Of a DNA stretch of 64,000 bases, positions 19,633-29,100 are shown one piece after another. How positions within the stretch are numbered: position 1 is the stretch's first letter; every line of letters begins with the position of its first letter. The notes beneath the pieces were generated by a model. It saw only the letters and a program-made list of their open reading frames with translations. It was not told the origin of the DNA and made no database searches. This DNA comes from Acidobacteriota bacterium. Lineage in GTDB: Bacteria > Acidobacteriota > UBA6911 > RPQK01 > JAJDTT01. A program made the position numbers and the translations under genes. The stretch spans positions 5,408,001 to 5,472,000 of the forward strand of contig OZ242374.1 of assembly GCA_965209055.1 (NCBI GenBank), read 5' to 3'.

Positions 19633-20778
19633 TCAGTCCCCCTCCAGCCTCAACCTGCAGTAACGCGCATGGGTGTCGCCCGACTGCGTGCACCAGAAGC
19701 TGACCATCAGCTCATTCGCGGTCAGGCCGATGATCTGGGGAGCCCCGTAGGCGATGACGTCATGACTGCTGGGATATCGGTCGGTCCGGGGCACGCCTAG
19801 CGCCTCCTTGCCGTAGGCGTCCCAGACCACCACCGGATCCTGGCTCCAGGTCTCTCCCCCATCCTCGGAGAAGATGAGCTTGATGCCGGGTTGGTCCGTA
19901 TTTTCCCGGTGGGAATAGACCAGAACCAGCCGGCCCGCGCCCATCTCTACCAGCCCACTGGTCTGCCCCGGGATCTTCGACGCCCGAGGACGGCTCCAGG
20001 TCCTTCCCGACGCGTCTAGAGAGGTCACGAAGTGGAGATCGAAGAACTGGGTCATTGCCAGGTTTCCGGTCCAGAGAGAGCCCAGCAGCCGCCCATTGGA
20101 CAAGCGGATGAAACTCCCATGGGAATAGGAGCGGTCTTCGGCGGTCCCATCGGCCACGTCCACCCAGTCGCCCCAACTCTTGCCGGCGTCGCTGGAGAAA
20201 AGGGCGAAGGTCTTATTCAAGTGAGGGCCGGCATTGTCGTAGGACTTCCATGTCTCGAAGATCTGCATCCAGTTTCCGTCTTCCAGTTCGATGGCGGGAC
20301 CGTCCGCCGCCGGCTCCAGTCCGGAAGGCAGGGGCGGCAAGCTGGCCTGCGGCGGGTCGGACCAGGTCCTGCCCCCGTCGAAGGAGCGGAGATAGAGGGT
20401 CTGGCAGTGACTAATGCCGCCAGTTTCCTGGTTGAAATAGAAATGGTCCGGGTCGGAATGCTCCGCTCGATTCACCTTCATCGCCAAGCTGCCGTCATGG
20501 AGCATCGTGATCTGGGCGCCCCGGTAATTGTAGTGGCTGTCGTCGCGGGAGCGGTCGCGAATGGAACCCTCGTGCTCCCACGTCTCTCCTCCGTCGTTGG
20601 ACCGGAGCTGGTGAATCATCCCGTCGCGGGAGTACATGGCCTGGCCATATCGGAAGACGCAGATCAATTCCTTCCCTGAGAGCGGCTGCACGCAAGGAGC
20701 GTAGGCGATGATGGCCCGATGACCCGGATGGGGATTGCGGTACAGGACACCTTGATCCAAGATTCTGAGAGCATTCAT
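19633..20778 (-). CDS. BNR/Asp-box sialidase-like protein without signal peptide (subgroup D)
   Basis: Asp-boxes SNDGGETW, SFDGGRTW, SSDAGKSW, SEDGGETW; AYGAP...FWC; ATG 20778 after GAGGT. Confidence 0.82.
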   Translation of the reverse strand: MNALRILDQGVLYRNPHPGHRAIIAYAPCVQPLSGKELICVFRYGQAMYSRDGMIHQLRSNDGGETWEHEGSIRDRSRDDSHYNYRGAQITMLHDGSLAMKVNRAEHSDPDHFYFNQETGGISHCQTLYLRSFDGGRTWSDPPQASLPPLPSGLEPAADGPAIELEDGNWMQIFETWKSYDNAGPHLNKTFALFSSDAGKSWGDWVDVADGTAEDRSYSHGSFIRLSNGRLLGSLWTGNLAMTQFFDLHFVTSLDASGRTWSRPRASKIPGQTSGLVEMGAGRLVLVYSHRENTDQPGIKLIFSEDGGETWSQDPVVVWDAYGKEALGVPRTDRYPSSHDVIAYGAPQIIGLTANELMVSFWCTQSGDTHARYCRLRLEGD

Positions 20779-20878
20779 GATGGTCTTGGTTACCTCATCT
20801 TGATCTGGCCGGTACTGGGCGGGGAACCCTTCCCTGGCCCGTCCCGGGTCTGTGAGTATGCGGCCAGGGGATTTTGCA

Positions 20879-22732
20879 TCAACTGTAGCCGAGTCGGATG
20901 CGAACATCTACGATCTGTACGGGCTCGGCGGGATCACCCCGAGGGGGAGGTTCGACAGTTACCCGAAGTGTGTTCTTGCCTTTTTTCAAGTTCCGCGGAT
21001 CGATTTTGAATTCAACCCAGCCCGCGTCGGCTATCCAACCGACGCCATACCCTCCGTAGCGTTTGACTTTCGCTTCAACGGGCTCGGAAAGGGAGACGCC
21101 GTTGAGTTCCCACTTGAATCGGCGGCGGTCCGCTCCCTCGGCCCGCTCAAGGTCCCAGCTCGCAATGGCCGGAGGACGGGTCGAATCGGCGGTACTGTAT
21201 TGAGCCTGCACAAAAACTTCCGACGCGCTGGTGGGATCATCGGCGATCTTCAGCTGGAAGGTAGCTTCTGACTGACCCGCCTGGGTGGAAAAAGCCCGGG
21301 GCAGTTGACTGGCCAGACACCCATCGGCCAGACAGCCGAGCCGGGCGTAGCCGGGATCGATCCGGTAGACCTTGTTCCGCCGGGCCAGGGCCTTCGGGTC
21401 TTCTATCGAAGGCATCTTGCCGTAATCTGCGGAATTAGTGGGGCCGTGGTGAGTGTGCCAGTCATAGAGACAGATGCCGTCGGCCCCTGCTTCCCAGAAG
21501 CGGTAGCTGGCGGCGTCGACGGCTTCGTAGTTGGAAGCCAAGCCTCCTTCCATCTCAGGGTCCCGAACATCCCACTTGGGCCGTCCAGTCTGAAATGGTA
21601 CGTAGATTCGATCCAGACACCCATAGACAGGAACGTCATAACGGTGGCCCAGGGCGACCCATTCTTCGATCGGCATCGTGAACGGCATCCCACCGGAGCC
21701 AGCCAGCAGAAGATCGATCCACCCTTTCCTAGCCCACGTCTCGGGATCCAGGCCCAGAGACAGTGAAAGCTCCAGCGAATCAGGCGTGCGACCGCTGGCC
21801 AACAGGATGGGTCGGCCGCGCCGTTCTCCGTAGTAATCCAGACGCTGGCGCACTTGGTGGACAAAGTCGTTCATCACGGAAATATTGCGCCGTTCCTGCC
21901 CCAACTTGAAGAAACCGTAATGACGGGCCCAGTCCAATTCCACACCGTCCAGGTCGTAGCGCTCGCAGGCACCTTCAATCACTTGCAGGTAGCGGGCCCT
22001 GACTTCGGCACGAGCCCAGTCATAGCCGCCCCAGAACCACAGATCGCGCGAAGCCACGCCCTCCCGTTGAAACACGTCCTTCAGGGGGTGCGTTGCTTCC
22101 GATTGCCTGAGAAGCTCCGTCTCCTTCTCGGGGTGATACAGCTTCGCCTTCCAACGCTGTTCCTCGATGGGCATGAATCGACCCAGCCAGGGGACAATCT
22201 TTTCTTCCCAGTGGGTTCGTGAGATATAACCAAGCAGGAGTTCAGGATGGGCCAACTTGAAGGAGGACCAGTATCCGGCTTTCGGAGCGTAACGCGAGCA
22301 GTGCACATCGTTCATGCGTATGGAATAGAAGAACTCCTTGTGATGTTTGTGGGCGAAGTCGACGACATGCTGGACCGGATTCGGCCCCAACAATTCAATG
22401 TATTTTTTCGGGAACTCCCAATCCGGCTCATTGGTGCGCGCGCAGTAGAGGATGGTCGCCACGGACGTGCCCTCCAAGAATCGCAAGGTTCCGTCCCAGA
22501 ACTGCTCGACCGATTCCAGAGGAATCGGCCATTTTCCACCAGCGTAAGCCATCGACTGAATGTCGCTGCCATCGTTGTTCCAGATGATAGGGCGCCTTTG
22601 CAATCTTGCCTTCGTTCTCTCGCGAACGATCTCCGGCTGCAAGAACCGGCTACCTCGTGCGGACGGTAAAGTCGCAGAGGTCCACAGCCCAACTCCCCCG
22701 ATGCCTTGCAGAAAGACCCTTCGATTTTTCAT
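20879..22732 (-). CDS. GHL10-like glycoside hydrolase, Tat-exported, paralog 3
   Basis: NRRVFLQ; 617 aa; close duplicate of 10429-12282. Confidence 0.8.
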   Translation of the reverse strand: MKNRRVFLQGIGGVGLWTSATLPSARGSRFLQPEIVRERTKARLQRRPIIWNNDGSDIQSMAYAGGKWPIPLESVEQFWDGTLRFLEGTSVATILYCARTNEPDWEFPKKYIELLGPNPVQHVVDFAHKHHKEFFYSIRMNDVHCSRYAPKAGYWSSFKLAHPELLLGYISRTHWEEKIVPWLGRFMPIEEQRWKAKLYHPEKETELLRQSEATHPLKDVFQREGVASRDLWFWGGYDWARAEVRARYLQVIEGACERYDLDGVELDWARHYGFFKLGQERRNISVMNDFVHQVRQRLDYYGERRGRPILLASGRTPDSLELSLSLGLDPETWARKGWIDLLLAGSGGMPFTMPIEEWVALGHRYDVPVYGCLDRIYVPFQTGRPKWDVRDPEMEGGLASNYEAVDAASYRFWEAGADGICLYDWHTHHGPTNSADYGKMPSIEDPKALARRNKVYRIDPGYARLGCLADGCLASQLPRAFSTQAGQSEATFQLKIADDPTSASEVFVQAQYSTADSTRPPAIASWDLERAEGADRRRFKWELNGVSLSEPVEAKVKRYGGYGVGWIADAGWVEFKIDPRNLKKGKNTLRVTVEPPPRGDPAEPVQIVDVRIRLGYS

Positions 22733-22833
22733 ACTTCCCCCCTTCTTGGATCTTGAGCAAGGGGAAATCAGGAGGACGGTGCCGGAAACTGAATTCTGCT
22801 ATAAATTAAAAAAATGGACAGAGGACGAAATCG

Positions 22834-23613
22834 ATGCCCCGATGTTTGCAAATCTTTTTCATCACCGTCATGACCGCAACCTGGCTGGCTGGCGAGGTGA
22901 TCTACCGCGAAACCTTTGACCAAGGGAACGGCTCCACGGGACCTCAGCAAGGTTGGACGGTGGGCAAGAATACGGAAATCAATCGAGGTCCTGAGACTTG
23001 GCACAAGAACATTTTGGGGTACATGGGTTGGGGAGCTCCCTTGGAATGGACCCCCCAGGGGGGTCGATCAGGAGGCTATGCTACCTCCTCTTCACCCTGG
23101 TACTTCGACGATAACCACGGAGAGTTCTTTTGGTTTCATATCGTCCTCCGGGTTCGCCAAACAAAAGATATCGGCATTCAGGGCAAAGATCTCCGTAACG
23201 CCCGGGTAGAGCTCTCGCTGAGGGGCCGCGACTTGGCCGTAAACGACTTGAAACTGTATTTTTGGATTCAAGGAGAGGGCGGACGCAGTGGCTACTATAC
23301 AAAACCCGCCTTGGTGAACTGGGCCCTGACATCCGAGCCTCTGGAGGACGCGCTACGCGATGGTCAATGGAACGACGTGTCCTTTCAGCTCACGACCGAC
23401 GAAACTCGATGGAGCCAACTGGGTTTGATCAACGGAGGTCTGGCCAGGAAGATCAGGGTGATTCAGAGTCGCACCATGGCGGACGGATTTCTCGAAGGGA
23501 TCCTCGCCGGCAAGCATTGGAACTTTGGCTTTCTGCTCTGCGGTATCGATCCTCGAGACCTCCCGCAGGGCAAGATCGACATTGATGAATTCAGAATCGT
23601 CGCATCCGAGTAA
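22834..23613 (+). CDS. Secreted protein of unknown function (SPWYFDDNHG family), copy 1
   Basis: Signal peptide; homologous over its length to 27329-28114 and 28152-29045; AGAGGA RBS. Confidence 0.8.
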   Translation: MPRCLQIFFITVMTATWLAGEVIYRETFDQGNGSTGPQQGWTVGKNTEINRGPETWHKNILGYMGWGAPLEWTPQGGRSGGYATSSSPWYFDDNHGEFFWFHIVLRVRQTKDIGIQGKDLRNARVELSLRGRDLAVNDLKLYFWIQGEGGRSGYYTKPALVNWALTSEPLEDALRDGQWNDVSFQLTTDETRWSQLGLINGGLARKIRVIQSRTMADGFLEGILAGKHWNFGFLLCGIDPRDLPQGKIDIDEFRIVASE

Positions 23614-23701
23614 AGGCTATCCAAGTCGCAGTAGTGCCTGAGGCACCGGCCGCGTCGACCAACTGGGCTTCCGGCGACGGTGAGTGCGAATTATGCTTCC
23701 G

Positions 23702-25438
23702 CTATATCCCTCGAGCTTCGGAGATGCGAAAGACATCCACGCCCGTCCGGATGCGGTTCGTTATGGGGTCAACCATTATGCCCAAGGGCCTGGCAAAACC
23801 GGAATCCAGAGACGGAGACTCTTCCACAACTTCGACTTCGTGTCCGATCCTGGCCAATCCTTCCCGGCACTCAGGATCCAGTCTCAAGTCGGCAAGGGTG
23901 ACGGCTTCCGAAGTATCCACGCGAGGAGCGGCGATGGCTTGTTGAAGGCTCACCTGCCGGTCCATGAGGTTCAGCACGATCTGGGTGTTGCAACTGATGA
24001 TCCGTCTCCCGCCGACAGCGCCCAGGCTGGCGAAGGGTTTTCTCTCTTTGAGCAGCAGGAGCGGCGCCATGTTGTTGAGTCCCCGTTTGAAGCCGGCAAT
24101 TGAGTTGGCCGATCCCGGAACCGGATTGAAGACCACCATCCCGCTGCTGAAGAGGAGTCCGGTCCCGGATGTGATGACACGGGAGCCAAACCGGCTGACG
24201 GCCGTCTGGGTGCAGGAAACCATGTTTCGCTGTCTGTCGATCGCGGAAAAGTGAGTCGTGCACTGGTCGTCCTGCGGAGGGGAAGGAGGAGGATCCTCCA
24301 GAATGGGCGTGCCTTCCTGATAGCGCCAGGGCCGGTGCAGAGCCCTGTCGGCAAACCTGACCCAGGGTTGATCCGAAGCCTGCGCAAAAGCCGTTCTTGC
24401 GGGATCGATCAGCCGGGCGACGTCCCGGGCATAGTCAGTAGACAAGAGAGCTTTTTCAGGGACCGGTACAAAGTCGGGATCTCCGAGAAAACGGTATCGG
24501 TCGGCGAAAGCGTGGCGAGTGGACTCAATCACAAGATGAAGGTATTCGGCGGAATTGTGTCCCAGTTCAGCTAAATCAAAATGCTCGAGAATCTTCAGGG
24601 CTTGCAGAGTCGTCGTACACCCGCTGGGTCCGGGCATTCCCAGGATTTCATAGTTCCGGTACCGGATGGTCACGGGCTCTGTCGCCACGACTTCGTAACG
24701 GCCGAAGTCTTCTGCCCTGAGCAGACCGCCATTCTTCTTCATATCCGCTTCAACGGTGTGCGGCAGTTCTCCGCGATACAGGCCTCTTGCGCCTTGACGG
24801 GCAATCAGTCGCAGAACCTGGCCCAGATCGGCTTGTTTCACCCGATCCACGCCGCTGACCGGCGGATATCCATGGCGCAGAAAGATCCGCGCGGGAACCC
24901 GGTATTTCACGAAATCTCCCATGACTTCGGCAATCTGCTGCGTCGTCAGCCAGTTGGCGACAAACCCCTGCTCCGCGTAATGAATCGCCGGCTCCAGAAG
25001 TCGTTGTAGAGGAAGGCTTCCATAGAGCTGGTGCGCTCGACACAGGCCCGCAGTGACGCCGGGGACGCCGATCGCCTCGTAGCCGGAGACATTGGCCCGA
25101 TTCTCAACCTCGAAAAGCCCGTTTACCTCTCGGGTTCGACCGATGACGCGGTACATCTCGGGAGTGGCAGCCGCCGGAGCACGATGGCTGAAATCAAGGG
25201 CCAGACTGGCTTGCTGCTCGGCCATGTGGATGAGCATCTGCCCGTGACCGGCAATGGAAGAGGCCCAGGGCTCCACCACGGCCAGACAGAAACCCATGGC
25301 AACCGTGGCGTCAACGGCGTTTCCACCTTCAGACAGGATTTGGACCCCCACCTCGGAAGCCAAGGGATGGGAGGTCACAACCGCTCCAAAATCGGATACA
25401 ACCTCGTCCTTGACGGGTCGCCAGATACTGCGTTTCAC
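23702..25438 (-). CDS. Gamma-glutamyltransferase-family Ntn hydrolase
   Basis: GGNAVDA, VVEP.ASSIAG, GVPG, FADRYRFLGDPDF, nucleophile TTHFSAID; GTG start. Confidence 0.9.
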   Translation of the reverse strand: MKRSIWRPVKDEVVSDFGAVVTSHPLASEVGVQILSEGGNAVDATVAMGFCLAVVEPWASSIAGHGQMLIHMAEQQASLALDFSHRAPAAATPEMYRVIGRTREVNGLFEVENRANVSGYEAIGVPGVTAGLCRAHQLYGSLPLQRLLEPAIHYAEQGFVANWLTTQQIAEVMGDFVKYRVPARIFLRHGYPPVSGVDRVKQADLGQVLRLIARQGARGLYRGELPHTVEADMKKNGGLLRAEDFGRYEVVATEPVTIRYRNYEILGMPGPSGCTTTLQALKILEHFDLAELGHNSAEYLHLVIESTRHAFADRYRFLGDPDFVPVPEKALLSTDYARDVARLIDPARTAFAQASDQPWVRFADRALHRPWRYQEGTPILEDPPPSPPQDDQCTTHFSAIDRQRNMVSCTQTAVSRFGSRVITSGTGLLFSSGMVVFNPVPGSANSIAGFKRGLNNMAPLLLLKERKPFASLGAVGGRRIISCNTQIVLNLMDRQVSLQQAIAAPRVDTSEAVTLADLRLDPECREGLARIGHEVEVVEESPSLDSGFARPLGIMVDPITNRIRTGVDVFRISEARGI

Positions 25439-25495
25439 CCCAGTTCCCTTTGCCTCGCAAAGTTGACGCGCATCCTGCTTTCTGCTGCGTCAGCT

Positions 25496-25660
25496 CTTGC
25501 AGCCGTGGTCAATAGTCGACACGGCATTCGACCGGGTCCGCGCCACCGCGGACGGCGTAATTCCCAGGTCATAAACGGTCGAGTTCGCGCCCTCGTCGCG
25601 TCTTGTTCGGCGAGTGCGCCGCCGGTCTCGGTGCTACGCGGGACTCTCACCACGGGACGA
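25496..25660 (-). mobile_element. Degenerate copy of a ~166-bp MITE-like element
   Basis: Reverse complement aligns with 39524-39689 (shared ccgtggtga.agtcc, agcaccgagaccg, acgccgtccgcg, cggtcgaatgccgtg). Confidence 0.65.
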
Positions 25661-25672
25661 TTCACCCTGTCC

Positions 25673-26455
25673 CTACGAGGACGCCGATTCGCGAGCGTAT
25701 GCTCTCAATCTCTCCAGATCTGCCTTCAAGCCCTCAATGCCCTGAATGATAAGGCCACCGATCACAATGAACCGGTACCCGGCATCATAGGCCTTTCTGC
25801 CGGCCTCGAATCCTCTCAAGGTGATGCCGCTGGCTTTTCCGCAACTCGCGGCCCGGCGGGGAAATTCCTCCAAGAAACCTTGAATCTCGGGATGCTCCAG
25901 TTGGCCGATATGACCCAAGGCCGCAGTAATGTCCAAGGGGCCGGCAAAGAGCACGTCGACTCCCTCGACGGCAGCAATTTCCTCCAGGTTGTCGATCGCT
26001 TCGCGGCTCTCAATTTGCACGATGACACACGTCTCCTGATTGGCCGCCGGCAGATACTCTTCATAGGAAACGTCCATGAAGAAAGTCCACCAGGGGGAGA
26101 CGCCGCGTGAGCCGTCGGGAGGATATTTGGCATATTGAACAGCCCGGCGGGCCTCTTCGGCATTGTTGATCTGGGGCAACATCACCCCCGCAGCACCGAC
26201 GTCGAGAGCCTTCTTTATGAGTTGCGGATCCAGTCCGGCCACCCGCACGATGGGAACACACCCCTTCATCCGGCAAAGCACCGGAATCCATGGGATATCG
26301 GTGGCGTCATAGGGTCGATGTTCCGTATCGATCCAGAGAAAGTCGATGCCCGTATCCACAGTCAGTTTGGCAATGAAATCGGACCGGTCGGGGAGTCCTG
26401 CTCCCCAGGCAGCCTTCCCCTCGGCCAAAAGCGTCTTTACTTTGTTCTCAAACAT
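25673..26455 (-). CDS. HpcH/HpaI-family class II aldolase
   Basis: DFLWIDTEH, KKALDVGA, YPPDGSRG, VQIES, FAGPLD. Confidence 0.92.
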   Translation of the reverse strand: MFENKVKTLLAEGKAAWGAGLPDRSDFIAKLTVDTGIDFLWIDTEHRPYDATDIPWIPVLCRMKGCVPIVRVAGLDPQLIKKALDVGAAGVMLPQINNAEEARRAVQYAKYPPDGSRGVSPWWTFFMDVSYEEYLPAANQETCVIVQIESREAIDNLEEIAAVEGVDVLFAGPLDITAALGHIGQLEHPEIQGFLEEFPRRAASCGKASGITLRGFEAGRKAYDAGYRFIVIGGLIIQGIEGLKADLERLRAYARESASS

Positions 26456-26510
26456 TTATAATTTATACTCCCTGGAAGAAGCTTATCACGAACCGGGGAC
26501 TCAGATTCTC

Positions 26511-27110
26511 GTGGCTGAATCGGAACAGACCAAACCCGTACAAATCAACCCGGGCCGTCTGTTGTGGTCGGGCGAGCACTGGATCAACGGCCTCCAGTCT
26601 CCGGAAGGCGAGATTCCCAGCGCCTGGGTGAGCCTCTACCACACACGTTACAGTCCGGCCGGTGAAGGTAATACGGCCCAGATCGTCATTCGGGCGGACC
26701 GCCAGCTGAGCCTGATATGTGTCGATGTCCCGGAGGTAGGGAGGTTTACCCAAGACAATTTCCTGATTCGAAGCACGTTCCAGGATCCGAAGGCTCCCAT
26801 TGTGCAAGCTCGTTTCTTTCGTGAAGGAGACATCCGAAGGGACCCGGCCTGGGTCATCGAAACCCACGAGCACCGAATCGTGGCCCGATGGTGGGTTACG
26901 GAGCCACCGGTTATCGCCCAAGGCACCTTTCGTCCCGGCACCGAACATTTCACAGCTTTATTCTTCACCGAGCGGGCCTCAGTCGAAGTCGATGGTCAGC
27001 CGATTCCGGGAAACCCGTTCTTGAGAGACATCTGGGAGCCTTACCTGCCGGGAGCTCGCAGTTCCTGCGTCTTTGCGCTGGCCGAGACCTTGATCGAGCT
27101 ACCTCCTTGA
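26511..27110 (+). CDS. Hypothetical protein
   Basis: Protein-like ~199-aa ORF (NPGRLLWSGEH...YSPAGEG...ALAETL) divergent from the aldolase; GTG 26511 chosen to avoid overlap. Confidence 0.6.
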   Translation: MAESEQTKPVQINPGRLLWSGEHWINGLQSPEGEIPSAWVSLYHTRYSPAGEGNTAQIVIRADRQLSLICVDVPEVGRFTQDNFLIRSTFQDPKAPIVQARFFREGDIRRDPAWVIETHEHRIVARWWVTEPPVIAQGTFRPGTEHFTALFFTERASVEVDGQPIPGNPFLRDIWEPYLPGARSSCVFALAETLIELPP

Positions 27111-27328
27111 ACCGCTATCTCAATTTGCCGGACTCGGCGCCAAGACTGGTGGCATTGACTTTACGACCGCCTTGCGTCGCTTGAGCGCGCGGCCCGGACT
27201 GCCGCTTCAACCCGGCTTTTCTACATCATGCTGAGAAAGGGACTCTTCATCTATTGGAGGTGGAAGCACATTGAGGACCCGAGCGTGAACGGTCGCGACC
27301 ACTTTTTTCGAGCCAATAGGAGGGAAAG

Positions 27329-28114
27329 ATGAGGGGAGTGGGCAAATACTCCGTTTGGTTGGGTGTTTTTCTGCTGATCACACTCAGTTTGCCGGCCGAG
27401 GTCATTTTCCGAGAAAGCTTCGATCAGGGAGCGGGAGGATGGACTACCGGGAAAAACAAGACCCATACCCAGGGAGAGACCTGGCACCGCAACATTCTTG
27501 GCTATTACGGCGAGCCTGTGTTCTTGAAGTGGAGCCCAAGCGGCGGACGCTCCGGAGGATACGCCACTGCCGAATCACCCTGGTACTTCGACGATAACCA
27601 CGGAGAATTCGGGTGGCTGTACCTGGTCTTCGGCAAGCGCACGGGCTGGTCCACATACCCGGTGGACGAAGCGGCGCCGACGACCGGGAAAGACGTACGG
27701 AATGCCACGGTTCGACTCTCGCTGCGGGGGAGAGATATGCAGTTGAAGGGAACCAGGTTCTACTATTGGAATCAGGCTCCTCCCGCGAAAGGCCCCTGGG
27801 TCTACCGATGCTGGGCTTTGACCTCCGTTCCTCTCGAGGGTTACTTGACGGATGGAAATTGGCACGACGTCAGCTTCACACTGGATCCCCATGAAAGCAA
27901 ATGGAGCTTCATGGGATTGATCAATGGTGGGCTGCGAAAGAGGATCCGCGTGATTCAAAGTCTTTCCTTTGGGCAGGGGACATTGGAAGAAGTTCTGGGC
28001 GACGGCAAACTCTACAACTGGGGCTTTATTCTCGTAGATGTGGATCCCCTGGATCCTCCCTCCGGAAAGATCGACATCGATCAATTCAGCATCACCCTCA
28101 GCGGCGAGGAGTGA
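27329..28114 (+). CDS. Secreted protein of unknown function (SPWYFDDNHG family), copy 2
   Basis: AGGAGG RBS, signal peptide, shared family motifs. Confidence 0.82.
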   Translation: MRGVGKYSVWLGVFLLITLSLPAEVIFRESFDQGAGGWTTGKNKTHTQGETWHRNILGYYGEPVFLKWSPSGGRSGGYATAESPWYFDDNHGEFGWLYLVFGKRTGWSTYPVDEAAPTTGKDVRNATVRLSLRGRDMQLKGTRFYYWNQAPPAKGPWVYRCWALTSVPLEGYLTDGNWHDVSFTLDPHESKWSFMGLINGGLRKRIRVIQSLSFGQGTLEEVLGDGKLYNWGFILVDVDPLDPPSGKIDIDQFSITLSGEE

Positions 28115-28151
28115 GGAACATAATTTCACGCTCCGGTCAGACAGGTGGCTA

Positions 28152-29045
28152 ATGAAACAAAATTTGACCAAGAAAATAGGACTCGTGGTTTTCTTCACAT
28201 CAGTGTTCCATCCCGTGGCCGGCCAAGCGGCAGGTGCAAAGCCGGCATTGGGGAACGTCGTAGCTGCGCACGGCTTTGACCGGGGACCGGAAGCCTGGCA
28301 CGTGGGAAAAGACAAGACCCATACCCGTGGCGTCACTTGGCATCGCAATATCCTGGGCTTCTACGGAGAGCCGGTTTTTCTGAAGTGGCGTGAGAGAGGA
28401 GGCCGTTCGGGTGGGTTCGCCTATTCCGAGTCGCCCTGGTACTTCGATGACAATCACGGCCACTTCGGCTGGCTGCACTTGATCGCCAACCGATACACGG
28501 AGCCTGAGAAGCAGGGAAGACCGGGAGAACCAAGTCCGGTGGTGGGTCAGGACCTGCGCAATGCCATCGTCAGGGTGTCCCTGCGCGGGCGAGACGTGGA
28601 GCTGAAGGGAACCAAACTGTACTTTTGGCTGGGGGGAAGTGCTCCTCCGATTCGCAACACCTCTCCGGCAGACAAACGGCCCAGATCCACCGTCAGTTCT
28701 CTTCGGCGGGAGGGACACCGCTGGTGGGCACTGACCTCGGTCCCGCTGGAAGCCCACTTGACGGATGGGAAGTGGCACGATGTGGAGTTCCAATTGGAAC
28801 CCGACGAGCGCAAGTGGACCTATTTGGGTTTGATAAACGGAGGTCTGCGCAAGAAGATCCAGATTCGACAAAGTCTCAGCTTTGGAGACGGATCACTTCC
28901 ATACGTTCTGGGCAACGGCAAAATTTACGTTTTCGGATTCATTCTGGTTGAAGTGGATCCTTTGGATCAGCCGAAGGGCATGATTGATTTGGACGAATTC
29001 AGCATCGCCACATTTCCTTCCAATCCTCCGCTGCCGAAACCATGA
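28152..29045 (+). CDS. Secreted protein of unknown function (SPWYFDDNHG family), copy 3
   Basis: Start moved to MKQNLTKK; signal peptide; shared motifs with a longer insertion loop. Confidence 0.8.
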   Translation: MKQNLTKKIGLVVFFTSVFHPVAGQAAGAKPALGNVVAAHGFDRGPEAWHVGKDKTHTRGVTWHRNILGFYGEPVFLKWRERGGRSGGFAYSESPWYFDDNHGHFGWLHLIANRYTEPEKQGRPGEPSPVVGQDLRNAIVRVSLRGRDVELKGTKLYFWLGGSAPPIRNTSPADKRPRSTVSSLRREGHRWWALTSVPLEAHLTDGKWHDVEFQLEPDERKWTYLGLINGGLRKKIQIRQSLSFGDGSLPYVLGNGKIYVFGFILVEVDPLDQPKGMIDLDEFSIATFPSNPPLPKP

Positions 29046-29100
29046 CGAGAAAACGTGTTTTGTCCTTTCTGACCGAGCATTCTCAATAGGGGATAAGACG

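Larger units (their letters stand above)
18494..22732. repeat. Segmental duplication, copy B (PHP + BNR + GHL10)
   Basis: Homologous to 9262-12282 but with 1209 nt more between PHP and GHL10, containing a BNR gene. Confidence 0.85.
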
